A stretch of 64,000 nt of DNA from Pristiophorus japonicus. Taxonomy: Eukaryota. The notes under the pieces are model-generated. The model had not been told where the DNA came from, did not search any database, and saw only the letters and a list, made by a program, of their open reading frames with translations. Positions within the stretch are counted from its first letter, which is position 1, and each line of letters starts with the position of its first letter. Positions 40,667-52,263 of this stretch are shown here, piece after piece. The DNA lies in assembly GCF_044704955.1 (NCBI RefSeq), contig NC_091989.1, positions 51,398,001 through 51,462,000 on the forward strand, written 5' to 3'. The translations under genes and the position numbers were made by a program.

Positions 40667-42950
40667 CGTCATGTTTGTAACTACAATGTAACACCACTGT
40701 ATTATTGTATACACTCAACTTAGATGCACACCTCGACCACAGGGGATGAACTTGTGGGAGACACTCCTTACCTGATCACACAGGTATAAAAAGGGAGGTC
40801 CCACGCAGGGTCATCACTTCTGGAGTCCTGTAATAAAGAGTTATGGTCACAGAGTGGCCTTGTCCCTGGAATGTGCCTCGTGTGGTTTCATGCTGTAGAG
40901 TAAGGACTTTACATTGGCGAAAAGAAACGGGAATTCACGACCCACGAGAATGGCCACCGGTAGCACAGAGGAACGGTACTGTGTTGGGGAAGACTGGGAC
41001 GATTTTGTCAAGAGGCTTCAGCAAAGCTTCATTACGAAAGACTGGCTAGGGGATGCAGCAGCCGACAAGCTCATCTCCTGACCAGCTGCGGGCCAAAGAC
41101 TTATGCGCTCATAAAGGACTTACTGGCACCCGAAAAGTCATCGGACAAAACCTTTGAAGAACTTAGCAAATTAATCGGGGAGCACCTCAAACTGGTGAGC
41201 AGCATACACATGGCTCAACACAGATTCTACACCCACCGACGTCGTGAAGGACAGAGCATACCGGACTTCGTAGCGGACCTCCGGTGTTTGGCCAGCCTCT
41301 AAGTTCACAGATGCCTGCAGGGGGGAGATGCTAAGGGACTTCTTTATCGAGGGCATCGGTCATTGGGAATTTTTCGCAAGTTAATTGAGACCAAAGACTT
41401 GACCTTGGAAGCGGCAGCGTTGCTAGCTCAAACTTTCATGGCGGGGGAGGAAGAGATGAAAATGATTTATGCACGCAATTCTGCCTCTAATGTGGCGATG
41501 GATCAGGGACTCAACATCATCAATGCTACTCAGAGCCCCGTAGGCAGGCAGGGGCAGTCCGACATTTACCAGGCAGCAATAGACCCCAGAGCAGAACCTC
41601 AACAGAAACAATGGCAGGCTGAACAGACGTTCGCGCCATCACAGTGGACAATGCGGCCTGGGATGGGGCAATTGACACCCACTAATAGGATACTTAAGAG
41701 CAGTCAAAGGGACAGTCAGCGCGGAATTCCTGGCCATAGTCCCTTTGTCCCCAACAATGGAAACTTTAACTCATGCTGGAGGTGTGGGGGAAAACACTCA
41801 GCCAGATCTTGCAGATTCCAACAGTTTGTCTGCAGAAACTACAATCTCAGTGGCCATTTAGCTCGAATGTGCAGAAAACCTGCAACCAGACTAATATATG
41901 AGGCAGATGGACCAGAAGAGGGTTCTGTGAGGCAGGATGACTTTTGGGGCAAATCAATGGACGCCGAGGTTCAGTGGGTCCATGCGCCGAATATTCACAG
42001 TTCATACACCAAAACGCCACCAATGATGGTGAGGGTTTTGTTGAACGGTGTCCCAGTACGCATGGAGCTGGACACTGGGGCCAGCCAGTCACTCATGGGC
42101 GTTCAGCAATTTGAGAAGCTATGGCCACTCAAAGTCAGTAGACCCAAATTAGAACGTATTGAGACACAATTACGGACTTACACCAAAGAAATCATTCCGG
42201 TGCTAGGCAGTGCAAAGATGGTTGTCACACACAATGGGTTAGTGAACCGGCTGCCACTCTGGATTGTCCCGGGCAATGGTCCCGCACTGTTGGGGAGAAG
42301 CTGGTTAGCCGAGATGAACTGGAAATGGGGGGGGATGTTCACGCAATGTCCTCAGTGGAGCGAAGTTCGTGCTCACAAGTCCTACAACAATTCGAGTCAC
42401 TATTCCAACCGGGCGTTGGGACTTTCAAAGACGCTAAAGTAGTGATACACATCACCCTGGGCGCCAGGCCAGTGCACCACAAAGCTAGAGCAGTGCCGTA
42501 TGTGATGCGGGAAAAAAATCGAGAGCGAATTGGACCGGCTGTTGCGAGAGAGCATCATCTCGCCTGTTGAACTCAGCGACTGGGCGAGCCCCATCGTTCC
42601 CGTTCTAAAAGCGGATGGCTCTGTCAGGATCTGTGGCGACTACAAGGCCACCATCAATCGGGTGTCCCTACAAGACCAATACCCGCTCCCAAGAGCGGAG
42701 GACCTCTTTGCCACGCTGGCAGGCAGCAAGCTGTTCACCAAGTTGGACCTCACTTCAGCCTATATGACCCAGGAACTGGCCGACGAATCCAAACTACTGA
42801 CCACCATCACCACGCACAAGGGACTGTTTGCGTATAACAGGTGCCCGTTTGGCATTCGATCAGCAGCCGCGATTTTTCAACGTAACATTCCTGGGACTGT
42901 TGAACTATTGTGCCTCGTGTGGTTTCATGCTGTAGAGTAAGGACTTTACA
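40667..42950 (+). mobile_element. Internally deleted Ty3/Gypsy LTR retrotransposon
   Basis: 5' LTR 40667-40913; PBS TGGCGA at 40915; gag ATG 40950; Zn knuckles CWRCGGKHSARSC; protease LDTGAS; RT WASPIVPVLKADGSVRICGDYK; 42-bp 3' LTR remnant 42909-42950; TSD AGAGG. Confidence 0.95.
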
Positions 42951-42957
42951 AGAGGGA

Positions 42958-43801
42958 ACACATAAAAGGAAACATAGAAACATAGAAACATAGAAAATAG
43001 GTGCAGGAGCAGGCCATTCAGCCCTTCTAGCCTGCACCGCCATTCAATGAGTTCATGGCTGAACATGAAACTTCAGTACCCCCTTCCTGCTTTCTCGCCA
43101 TAACCCTTGATCCCCCGAGTAGTAAGGACTTCATCTAACTCCCTTTTGAATATATTTAGTGAATTGGCCTCAACTACTTTCTGTGGTAGAGAATTCCACA
43201 GGTTCACCACTCTCTGGGTGAAGAAGTTTCTCCTCATCTCGGTCCTAAATGGCTTACCCCTTATCCTCAGACTGTGACCCCTGGTTCTGGACTTCCCCAA
43301 CATTGGGAACATTCTTTCTGCATCTAACCTGTCTAAACCCGTCAGAATTTTAAACGTTTCTATGAGGTCCCCTCTCATTCTTCTGAACTCCAGTGAATAC
43401 AAGCCCAATTGATCCAATCTTTCTTGATAGGTCAGTCCCGCCATCCCGGGAATCAGTCTGGTGAACCTTCGCTGCACTCCCTCAATAGCAAGAATGTCCT
43501 TCCTCAAGTTAGGAGACCAAAACTGTACACAATACTCCAGGTGTGGCCTCACCAAGGCCCTGTACAACTGTAGCAACACCTCCCTGCCCCTGTATTCAAA
43601 TCCCCTCGCTATGAAGGCCAACATGCCATTTGCTTTCTTAACCGCCTGCTGTACCTGCATGCCAACCTTCAATGACTGATGTACCATGACACCCAGGTCT
43701 CGTTGCACCTTCCCTTTTCCTAATCTGTCACCATTCAGATAATAGTCTGTCTCTCTGTTTTTACCACCAAAGTGGATAACCTCACATTTATCCACATTAT
43801 A
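42958..43801 (-). mobile_element. Young 5'-truncated CR1
   Basis: Open ORF2 C-terminus; (CATAGAAA)n tail on the plus strand; nearly identical to 14322-14887. Confidence 0.93.
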
Positions 43802-43993
43802 CGACGGACAAAAGTGGGAAGCATAATCAATGATCATGGAGAGAGAATGGAATCTAGATGAGAGACTTGCGCAATGGGACCGTACAAGCTGAAACAATGG
43901 GTCAGGATCAGTTTGATCAGAGAGTCAAATTGGGCAATTACAGGTTAGTTAGTTTAATCTCAGTGGAATCTGTAATTAAAGATAAGCTACTAA

Positions 43994-45536
43994 GGGCCCA
44001 AGTTTCCACATGATTTGCGCCTGATTTTTAGGAGCAACTGGTGGAGAACGGACTATCTTAGAAATCGCAATTCTCCACATTTTTTTTTCTGCAGTTCTAG
44101 TCAGGTAGAACAGTTCTACTTTGGAACAGAATTTTTTCTTCAAAAGGGGACGTGTCCGGCCACTGACGCCTGATTTCAAAGTTTCCACAGTGAAAACGTA
44201 CTCCAAACTAAGTTAGAATGGAGCAAGTGAAGATTTTTGTAGAACTGAAAAAACCTGTTCTACACATTAAAAAATTAGGCGCAGGTAACAAATTAGGCGT
44301 AGGAAACGAGGGGGGGGGGGGGGGGGGAAGGGAAGTCATTAAATTCTACAATAAATCCTTAGTTATACTTATACAAATATTGTACAAATAAATCCAACCT
44401 GAATAAACATTCATAAGCAAAGAAAAGATTAAATAAACCATGTTCCTACCTGTGTGAAAGTTCTTCAGGCAGGCCTTTAGGAAGCGGTTTGCCGTCAGGA
44501 CCGAAGGCTGATCGGGCCGGGCCCGAGATTTCGGGCAGGGCCCGTCCCCAGCACCAGAGGTAGGTGGCGTTGGGTCGGGTCGGGGAGAGAGGTTNNNNNN
44601 NNNNNNNNNNNNNNNNNNNNNNNNNNNNNNNNNNNNNNNNNNNNNNNNNNNNNNNNNNNNNNNNNNNNNNNNNNNNNNNNNNNNNNNNNNNNNNNNNNNN
44701 NNNNNNNNNNNNNNNNNNNNNNNNNNNNNNNNNNNNAGGAAGGTCAGGTCGGGGAGAGGAAGGTCAGGTCGGGGAGAGGAAGGTCAGGTCGGGGAGAGGA
44801 AGGTCAGGTCGGGGAGAGGAAGGTCAGGTCGGGGAGAGGAAGGTCAGGTCGGGGAGGGGGGGGGAGGTCAGGTCGGGGAGGGGGAGGTCAGGTCGGATCC
44901 AGTCCGGGGGCGAGAGTAGAGTCGGGCCGAGTCGGGTGGGAGCGGGAGCGGCAGCGGCAGACGCAGACGGGTCGAGTCGGGTCCGGTCGGGGGGGGGGGC
45001 GGAAGCAGGAGCGGCGGGGAAGCAGGAGTGGCAGCGACAGGCGGGTCGAGTCGGGTCCGGTCCGGTCGGGGAGGGGGCGGAAGCAGGAGCGGCGGGGAAG
45101 CAGGAGCGGCAGCGACAGCGACAGGCGGGTCGAGTCGGGTCCGGTCCGGTCGGGGGAGGGGGGTGGAAAGCAGGAGCGAGAGTCGGCAGGGAGCAGGAGC
45201 TGGCCGTGGGAGGAGCCTTATTCACGCAGCCCCAGTGAGGCCATTCGGCCAGGGCTAGGGGCTGCGTGCTTCGGGCTCCTCCCACACAGTTTCGGGCGCC
45301 TGGAGCTACTGCACTTGCGTGCCCACTGTACCGCGCATGTGCAGAGCTCCCGGCACTGTTTTCGGCGCAGGGTCCTAGCTCCGCCCCTACAGCTCCTGCT
45401 GTGCCGCGCCGAGGGCCAGAGGACCTGCAAGGAGGTGGAGAATATGGAGGGTTTTTTTAGGCGCACTTTGTGGCACGAAAAACGGGCGCCCAGCTCGGAG
45501 GGGCGCCCGTTTTTTATCGTGTGGAAACTTGGGCCC
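43994..45536. mobile_element. Non-autonomous DNA transposon (PIF/Harbinger-like MITE)
   Basis: 21-bp TIR GGGCCCAAGTTTCCACAYGAT with 1 mismatch; flanks TAA and TAT; no transposase. Confidence 0.8.
44570..45190 (+). repeat. G-rich minisatellite: 20-bp unit GGGGAGAGGAAGGTCAGGTC, then three ~75-85-bp units; spans an assembly gap (N 44595-44736)
   Basis: Directly visible tandem units. Confidence 0.9.
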
Positions 45537-45659
45537 TATATATCTACATGAAGAGCAAATAGATGCAGCCAATGTGGATTTCAAAAAGGAAGATCATGCT
45601 TCATAAATCTGATAAGAGGTCTGAGATGGTGACAGATATGGTAGATGAGTGAAAATGTA

Positions 45660-47615
45660 GTGGGGATGTGATATCCTTGGATTTGCAGAAAGCCTTTGAA
45701 ATGGTACCATCCAGGTCAGTACAGGAGAAGACTATGAATTTAGGGGAAGAGTAGCAAAATGTATTGAGAAGGAAGCAGAGTAGTACTTAAGGGCAGGTCT
45801 CAGAGTGGTTGGGAGTGGGTACAAATATCCCACGGGGTTCGGTTCTAGAAACACTCTATTCACTGTGTATATCAGTTTTGGATATAAGACTAGAGGGAGT
45901 GGTGTCCAAACCTGTAGATGATACTAAAATAATAATAATAAAGACTGCAAGAAAATATGTTTGCATAGACAAAAAAGTGACAGATGGGATTCAATGTCAG
46001 TAAGTGCAAGGTAATACATTTATGGTTTAAAAAAAAGTAATATTTATATTTTGAATGGGGAAGGCTGGGCGATGTGGAAGAGCAGAAGGATTTCATGGTT
46101 CAGGTTCACATTAAATGCAACATTTCAAGTGGATATGGCTATAAAATAGCTAATGGAACACTGTTATGGCAAGAAGTATAGGGCATAAAAGTCAAGAAGG
46201 AATGGCGAATCTATATAAAACTATGCTATTAATACAGTTAGAGTACTGTGAACACTTTTGGACTCCACGCTACAGGAAGGATGTTGAGGCAATAGAGAGA
46301 GGGCAGCACAGACTTAGTCGATGATGCCTAGTATGAGGAAATACAAATATGAAGAAAAACTTGTGAAAAACTGTGGCTGATTTAATTAGGAAATGATGCA
46401 GTGATTTGATAGAGGTATTTAAAATAATGAAGAGATGGGACATGGTATATAGAAACAGACAGTTTCCAGTGGTTATGGGGTCTAAAATGAGGGGACATAG
46501 ATTACAAGAAATTTAGGACACAGTATAGAATCATAGAAATTTACAGCATGGAAAGAGGCCATTTCGTCCCATCGTGTCCGCGATGGCTGACAAAGAACTG
46601 TCCAGCCTAATCGCACTTGCCTTTATTCGCCGATGCATAGAATACAAGAGCAGGGAGGTTATGCTTGAACTGTATGAAACACTGATTAGGCCACAGCTAG
46701 ATTACTGTGTGCAGTTCTGGTCACCACATTACAGGAAAGATGTGATTGCACTAGGGTACAAATGAGGTTTACGAGGATGTTGCCTGGACTGGAGAATTTT
46801 AGCTATGAGGAAAGATTGGATAGGCTGGGTTTATTTTCTTTGGAACAGAGAAAGCTGAGGGAAGACTTTATTGAGGTGTATAAAATTATGGGAGCCTAGA
46901 TAGAGTGGATAGGAAGGACCTATTTCTCTTAGCAGAGGGGTCAACAACCAGGGGGCATAGATTTAAAGTAATTGGTAAGAGGTTTAGAGGGGATCTGAGG
47001 TGAAATCTTTTCACCCAGAGGGTGGTGGGGGTCTGGAACTCACTGCCTGAAAGGGTGGTAGAGGTAGAAACCCTCATCACATTTAAAAATACTTGGATGT
47101 GCACTTGAAGTGCCATAATCTACAAGGCTACGTACGGACCAAGAGCTGGAAAGTGGGATTAGGCTGGATAGCTCTTTGTTTGCCGGCACGGATATGATGG
47201 GCCAAAATGGCCTCTTTTTGTGCTGTAAATTTCTATGATTATCTGCCTGGCCTGCTACCTTCATGGATCTGTGGACATGTATTCCAAGGTCCCTCTACAC
47301 TTCTCGGTGTCTACCATTTATTGTGTATTCACTTGCATTGTTAGCCCTCCCCAAATGCATTACCTCACACTTCTCAGGATTGAATTCTATTTGCCACTGT
47401 TTTGCCCACCTGACCAGTTCATGGATATCTTCCTGCAGTCTACATCTTTCTGCTTCATTATCAACCTTATAGCCAATTTTTGTATCATCTGCAAACTTCT
47501 TAATCATACCCCATACATTCAAGTCTAAATCATTGATATATAACACAAAAAGCAAGGGACCTAGTACTGAGCCCTGCGGAACCCCACTGGGAACAGCCTT
47601 CCAGTCACAAAAACA
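45660..47615. mobile_element. Cluster of CR1 fragments: old + copy 45660-46510; - tail 46525-46617; + 46614-47237; - 47240-47615
   Basis: RPQLDYCVQFWSP; KKFADDTKIG; tails tttctatgatt. Confidence 0.85.
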
Positions 47616-47617
47616 CC

Positions 47618-48057
47618 TTACGGCCTTCTGGACTCAACATCGAGTTCAACAATTTCAGATAATAACCTCTGGCCATATTTTGCTTCCCTTTCTCCTTTTT
47701 TTTTTAAAGCGCCCCCCCTCCCCCCCCCCAATCTTAAGTAATTTTTTTCTCTCCGTTTCCCATGGCAGCTGGTAATTATTCCGCCATTCACACCCTATGT
47801 GGACTAATCTTTTTCTAACATCTGCCATCACCATCATCCCTTTTGTTTCTCTAATCTCTTCTGTCTTCCACCCTATCACCAACCTTCCCTTTTGTTCTTT
47901 CCTCTCCTCCCCACCTCCTTCAGTGCTCCTTAAGAATCTGTTCATTTCGAACATTCGCCAGTTCTGACGAAGAGTCATCGACCTGAAACATTAACTCTGT
48001 TTCTCTCTCCACAGATGTTGCCTGATCCACTGAGATTTCCAGCATTTTCTGTTTTTA
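47618..48057 (+). mobile_element. Penelope-like element 3' end with hammerhead motif at 47960-47996
   Basis: 47618-47662 encodes LRPSGLNIEFNNFR*, the P-x-G-L-N C-terminus typical of PLE GIY-YIG endonucleases; AGTT-CTGACGA...GAAACATTAACT follows. Confidence 0.82.
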
Positions 48058-48109
48058 CATCAACCATTATCCTTTGCTTCCTGCCTCTAATCATGGGCTT
48101 TTACTTTTA

Positions 48110-49555
48110 ATAAGAACATAAGAAATAGGAATAGGAGTAGGCCATACTGCCCCTCGAGCCTGCTCCGCCATTCAATAAGATCATAACTGATCTGATCGTG
48201 GACTCAGCTCCACTTCCCCACCCACTCCCCATAACCCCTTATCGTTTAAGAAACTGTCTATTTCTGTCTTACATTTATTCAATGTCTCAGCTCTCTGAGG
48301 CAGCGACTTCCACAGATTTACAACCCTCAGAGAAGAAATTTCTCCTCATCTCTGTTTTAAATGGGTGGCCCCTTATTCTAAGATCATGCCCTCTAGTTCT
48401 AGTCTCCCCCATCAGTGGAAACATCCTCTCTGCATCCACTTTGTCAAGCCCCCTCATAATCTTATACGTTTCAATAAGATCACCTCTCATTCTTCTGAAT
48501 TCCAATGAGTAGAGGCCCAACATACTTGTAGTATTGAGAACCTTAATCAGGAGAAAAGTAATTTGGCAAAAATAAAACATAAAGCAAGAAAGGCTGAGAG
48601 AAAGGTTTAATGTGTTCATGGTAGAATAGCTGAGTCCCACATTCCAGCAGTTAGGCTGAAACCAAAGAACAACATGCTCACAAGGGGCCAGAACTAAGGT
48701 CAAAAGAATTCTTTGAAAAGATAACACTCCTGAGAATGCAACAAGATAAATGTAGACAGCTAGCAGAACTAATAAGCAGAGACATCCACTTTTGAGTCAC
48801 ACGGGATAGCAGAAACAAGGCCCCTTTTGAAATGAGGATAGCCAGATGTATCTGTCAAGGACAGTCTGAGAGTTAGCCTGGGAACACGTTCACAGAAATG
48901 TAACACATAACCTATAGGGGGCTTTCCCCAGCAACAGTGGCCATAACTGAATGTACCAATGAAATCATTAGAAATTATTGTAACCAATGAAATTAATGTA
49001 ACTGTAGTAACCAATGATATTGCTGTAACTGTATTAACCAATGTATTAGTAGCAGGTGGGCGGGGACTGGTGGCAAATAACCAATGGACCACTTCCCCGC
49101 GTAGTTTCACCATTTTGACTGTACAAAATATAACTGCGCAGCCTGTCCCACGAGACCGGCGATTAGAGCATCCAATAAGGGTACTGATGCAACCGGTTCT
49201 CCCTTGATTAATCAGGTTTTAACAAACAATTCTTTTCTCTATATACGGACCTTTGTGTCGAGTGTTATATTTTTAATACTCCACAACACTACTCAACCTT
49301 TCCTCATAAGTCAAACCCCTCATCTCCGGAATCAACCTAGTGAACCGTCTCTGAACTGCCTCCAAAGCAAGTATATCCTTTTGTAAATATGGAAACCAAA
49401 ACTGCATGCAGTATTCCAGGTGTGGCCTCACCTATACCCTGTATAGCTGTAGCAAGACGTCCCTGTTTTTATACTCCATCCCCTTTGCACTAAAGGCCAA
49501 GATTCCATCGGCCTTCCTGATCACTTGCTGTACCTGCATACTATCCTTTTGTGAC
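48110..49555 (-). mobile_element. CR1 3' fragment split by an LTR-like insertion
   Basis: Host reads aggcccaac-(c)tact-caacc continuously across the insertion. Confidence 0.85.
48527..49288 (+). mobile_element. 762-bp solo LTR (ERV- or Gypsy-type, family unrecognised)
   Basis: TG...CA ends; TSD ATACT/CTACT; repeated CCAAT units; GC box; strand inferred from motif order. Confidence 0.7.
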
Positions 49556-50429
49556 CAGTCTGCCATGTGGGACCTTATCAAAACCCTTGCTAAAATGCAC
49601 TACCCTCATCGACCCTCCTTGTTACCTCTTCAAAAATTCAATCAAGTTAGTCAGACACAACCTTTCCTTAACAAATCCATGTTGACTGTCCTTGACAGTA
49701 GGAGAATTTTTTTAAAATAAAAAAAGGTTGTGAGGCTGTGGAATGTACTACTGGAGTTAGTGATTGAAGCAGAGATTGTGTCAACTTTTAAGAATAAGTC
49801 ACGGGGAGGGGGTTTCAGGAGGGTTTTGTGATCATGAAAGGGGGAGCCTGGGGGAGGGGAGCCTTAAACTTTCCTTGTGGGGCCCAGAGGAGCACTCCTG
49901 CTCTTCGTGGCTCCACAAAGAAAGTTTTTTTAAAGTTTCTAAAAACTACCCGTTTGGGCTTCTTCTGGCCCATGCTTTTCTTCCCAATGCTAGATGGACC
50001 TGGTGGGAAAGCCAGAATGGCTTACTCGCTCAGGCCTCCGGTTAAAATAGCAGTCAGGCCCGATGATTGCATCTCTCTATTTAAAGAAGGATGTCACCGG
50101 CTTCAGATACAGGATATTTTTCCTAGACAGTTCATGTCTTCTCCAAAGCCCATTCTGATTTTAACTATACTATGCACTCTTTACACTTGTTTCTAACCAC
50201 ATGCTGATGCCAATTATGCTGCTCAGCATTACATCATCCTCTGACAGTACAGGATACAGTTCAGGTATATGGGTATATATTCATCCTGGGTGGTAGTGCA
50301 AAATGGGCAATAGCAAATCAGCAGCCCAGTTTGCACTCGGTCTGATTTTCTTTTTCAGTGAAGTAATTTAATCATCTCCTGTTCACCATCTCATCACTTT
50401 ACAGATCATTCTTTTTTCTTGACATGTGG

Positions 50430-50612
50430 TAATTTCTCCCCCACCCCTTTTCCCTTGCTCGGTTCCTCCTTATAAGCCGTTCATCTATAACAATTACCAG
50501 TTCAGATGAAGGGACATCAGACCCAAATGTTAATCTTTTCCCTTTCTCCACAGATGTTGCTGAAAGTTTCCAATATTTTCTGTTTTATTTCAGATTTCCC
50601 GCATCTGCAGTA
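50430..50612 (+). mobile_element. Decayed Penelope-like terminus with degenerate hammerhead
   Basis: agttcagatgaagggacatcagacccaaatgttaat...ccacagatgttgc...cagatttcccgcatctgcagt. Confidence 0.65.
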
Positions 50613-51169
50613 ATGTTTTGTCCTATGTTAACTACTTTCTTTTTTGTATTTCATCCTCCAACAGCCTTTTGTATATTTTTCAATTTACCCATCAAAAACA
50701 CATCTTGTCCATTGTGTTTTTATTTTACCTTTATCAGTATTTTGTTTTAGTTAGTAGCCTATCAATAACATTTTGTTCTTTATTTTTCTACTCAATTTCA
50801 GGACGACTTTAAATTATGTTATCTGGTGATTTAATATAACTATTTATTTACTTTTTATACATAGAAGAGTATACCTTAAATGGGATGTATTTCGTTGAGC
50901 AGATGCAACCTTAAATCCTCATCCTTCTGTTATTCCTTAACTGTTACCTTCCATCAATACCCTGTCTCATTGACCATCGGATCAATATAATTACCAAGTT
51001 AGTGCTCAGATATTAAATGTCCTTTCTATTGTCTCAAATTCCTTTACTAATCACTAATCTCTATCTTTGTTAAATCCAACTGTTTATTGTACTATACTTC
51101 TTAAAAATGGAAAAATACCCTTGCTATTCATATCATTTCTAAATATATATATGTTACTGAGGCAAATAT

Positions 51170-52263
51170 ATACGCCTCAGTTAATACATCGACTATGTTC
51201 AGCCTCTGTATGTGCACAGATGCAGGCATCGTCCGCATACTGTAGCTCGATGACAGAGGTTGGGGTCGTCTTGGACCTGGCCTGGAGACGGTAAAGGTTG
51301 AACAGGCTCCCCACTGGAGTGGAAATACACTACAGAACCAGTGGGAACCTGTTCAACCTTCACCGTTGAAAGCATGGGCCTTACGTTAAACATCAGTAAG
51401 ACAAAAGACCTCCATCAGCCTGTCCTCACCGCACAGCATTGCCCCCCAGTAATCAAATCCACAGCGCAGCCCTGGACAAGGTGGACCACTTCCCTTATCT
51501 CAGGAGCCTCCTATCAACAAGAGCAGGCATTGACAACGAGATTCAACTCCCCCTCCAGTGCACCCTTCGGCTGCCTGAGGAAAACAGTGTTTGAAGTCCA
51601 GGCCCTCAAAACTGCCACCAAGCTCATGGTCTACAGGGCTGTAGTAATACCCGCCCTCCTGTATGGCTCAGAAACATGGACGACGGACAGCAGACACCTC
51701 AAGTCGCTGGAGAAATACCACCAACGATGTCTCTGCAAGATCCTACAAATCCCCTGGGAGGACAGACGCACCAATGTTAGCGTCCTCGTCCAGGCCAACA
51801 TCCCCAGCATTGAAGCACTGACCACACTTGATCAGCTCCGCTGGGCAGGCCACATAGTTCGCATGCCAGACACGAGACTCCCAAAGCAAGCACTCTACTC
51901 GGAACTCCTTCACAGCAAACGAGCCAAAGGAGGGCAGTGGAAACGTTACAAGGACACCCTCAAAGTCTCCCTGATAAAGTTCAACATCCCCACTGTCACC
52001 TGGGAGTCCCTGGCCAAAGATCGCCCTAAGTGGAGGAAGTGCATCCGGGAGGGTGCTGAGCACCGAGTCTCATCGTCGAGAGCATGCAGAAATCAAGCGC
52101 AGGCAGCGGAAAGAGTGTGCGGCAAACCAGTCCCACCATCCCTTACCCTTGATGACTGTTTGTCCCACTTGTGGCAGAGACTGTGGTTCTTGTATTGGAC
52201 TGTACAGCCACCTAAGAACTCATGTTAAGAGTGGAAGCAAGTCTTCCTCGATTCCGAGGGACT
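51170..52263 (+). mobile_element. RTE-clade LINE 3' part with an inverted RT segment (51170-51316)
   Basis: PALLYGSETWT, QLRWAGHIVRMPDTRLPKQALY, C2H2 CPTCGRDC...HLRTH; inverted piece encodes ELQYADDAC; flanked by a TA/CA microsatellite. Confidence 0.9.

Noticed and set aside
41363-42442. 359-aa ORF as a domesticated host gene
   Set aside because: Lies within an LTR element with TSD and flanking frameshifts; no evidence of selection
44737-44860. Regular 20-bp repeats suggestive of CRISPR
   Set aside because: Head-to-tail with no spacers; eukaryotic context; no cas genes
44564-45285. 224-aa and 153-aa ORFs (RG-rich and Pro-rich)
   Set aside because: Translations of a minisatellite; the longer one crosses an N gap
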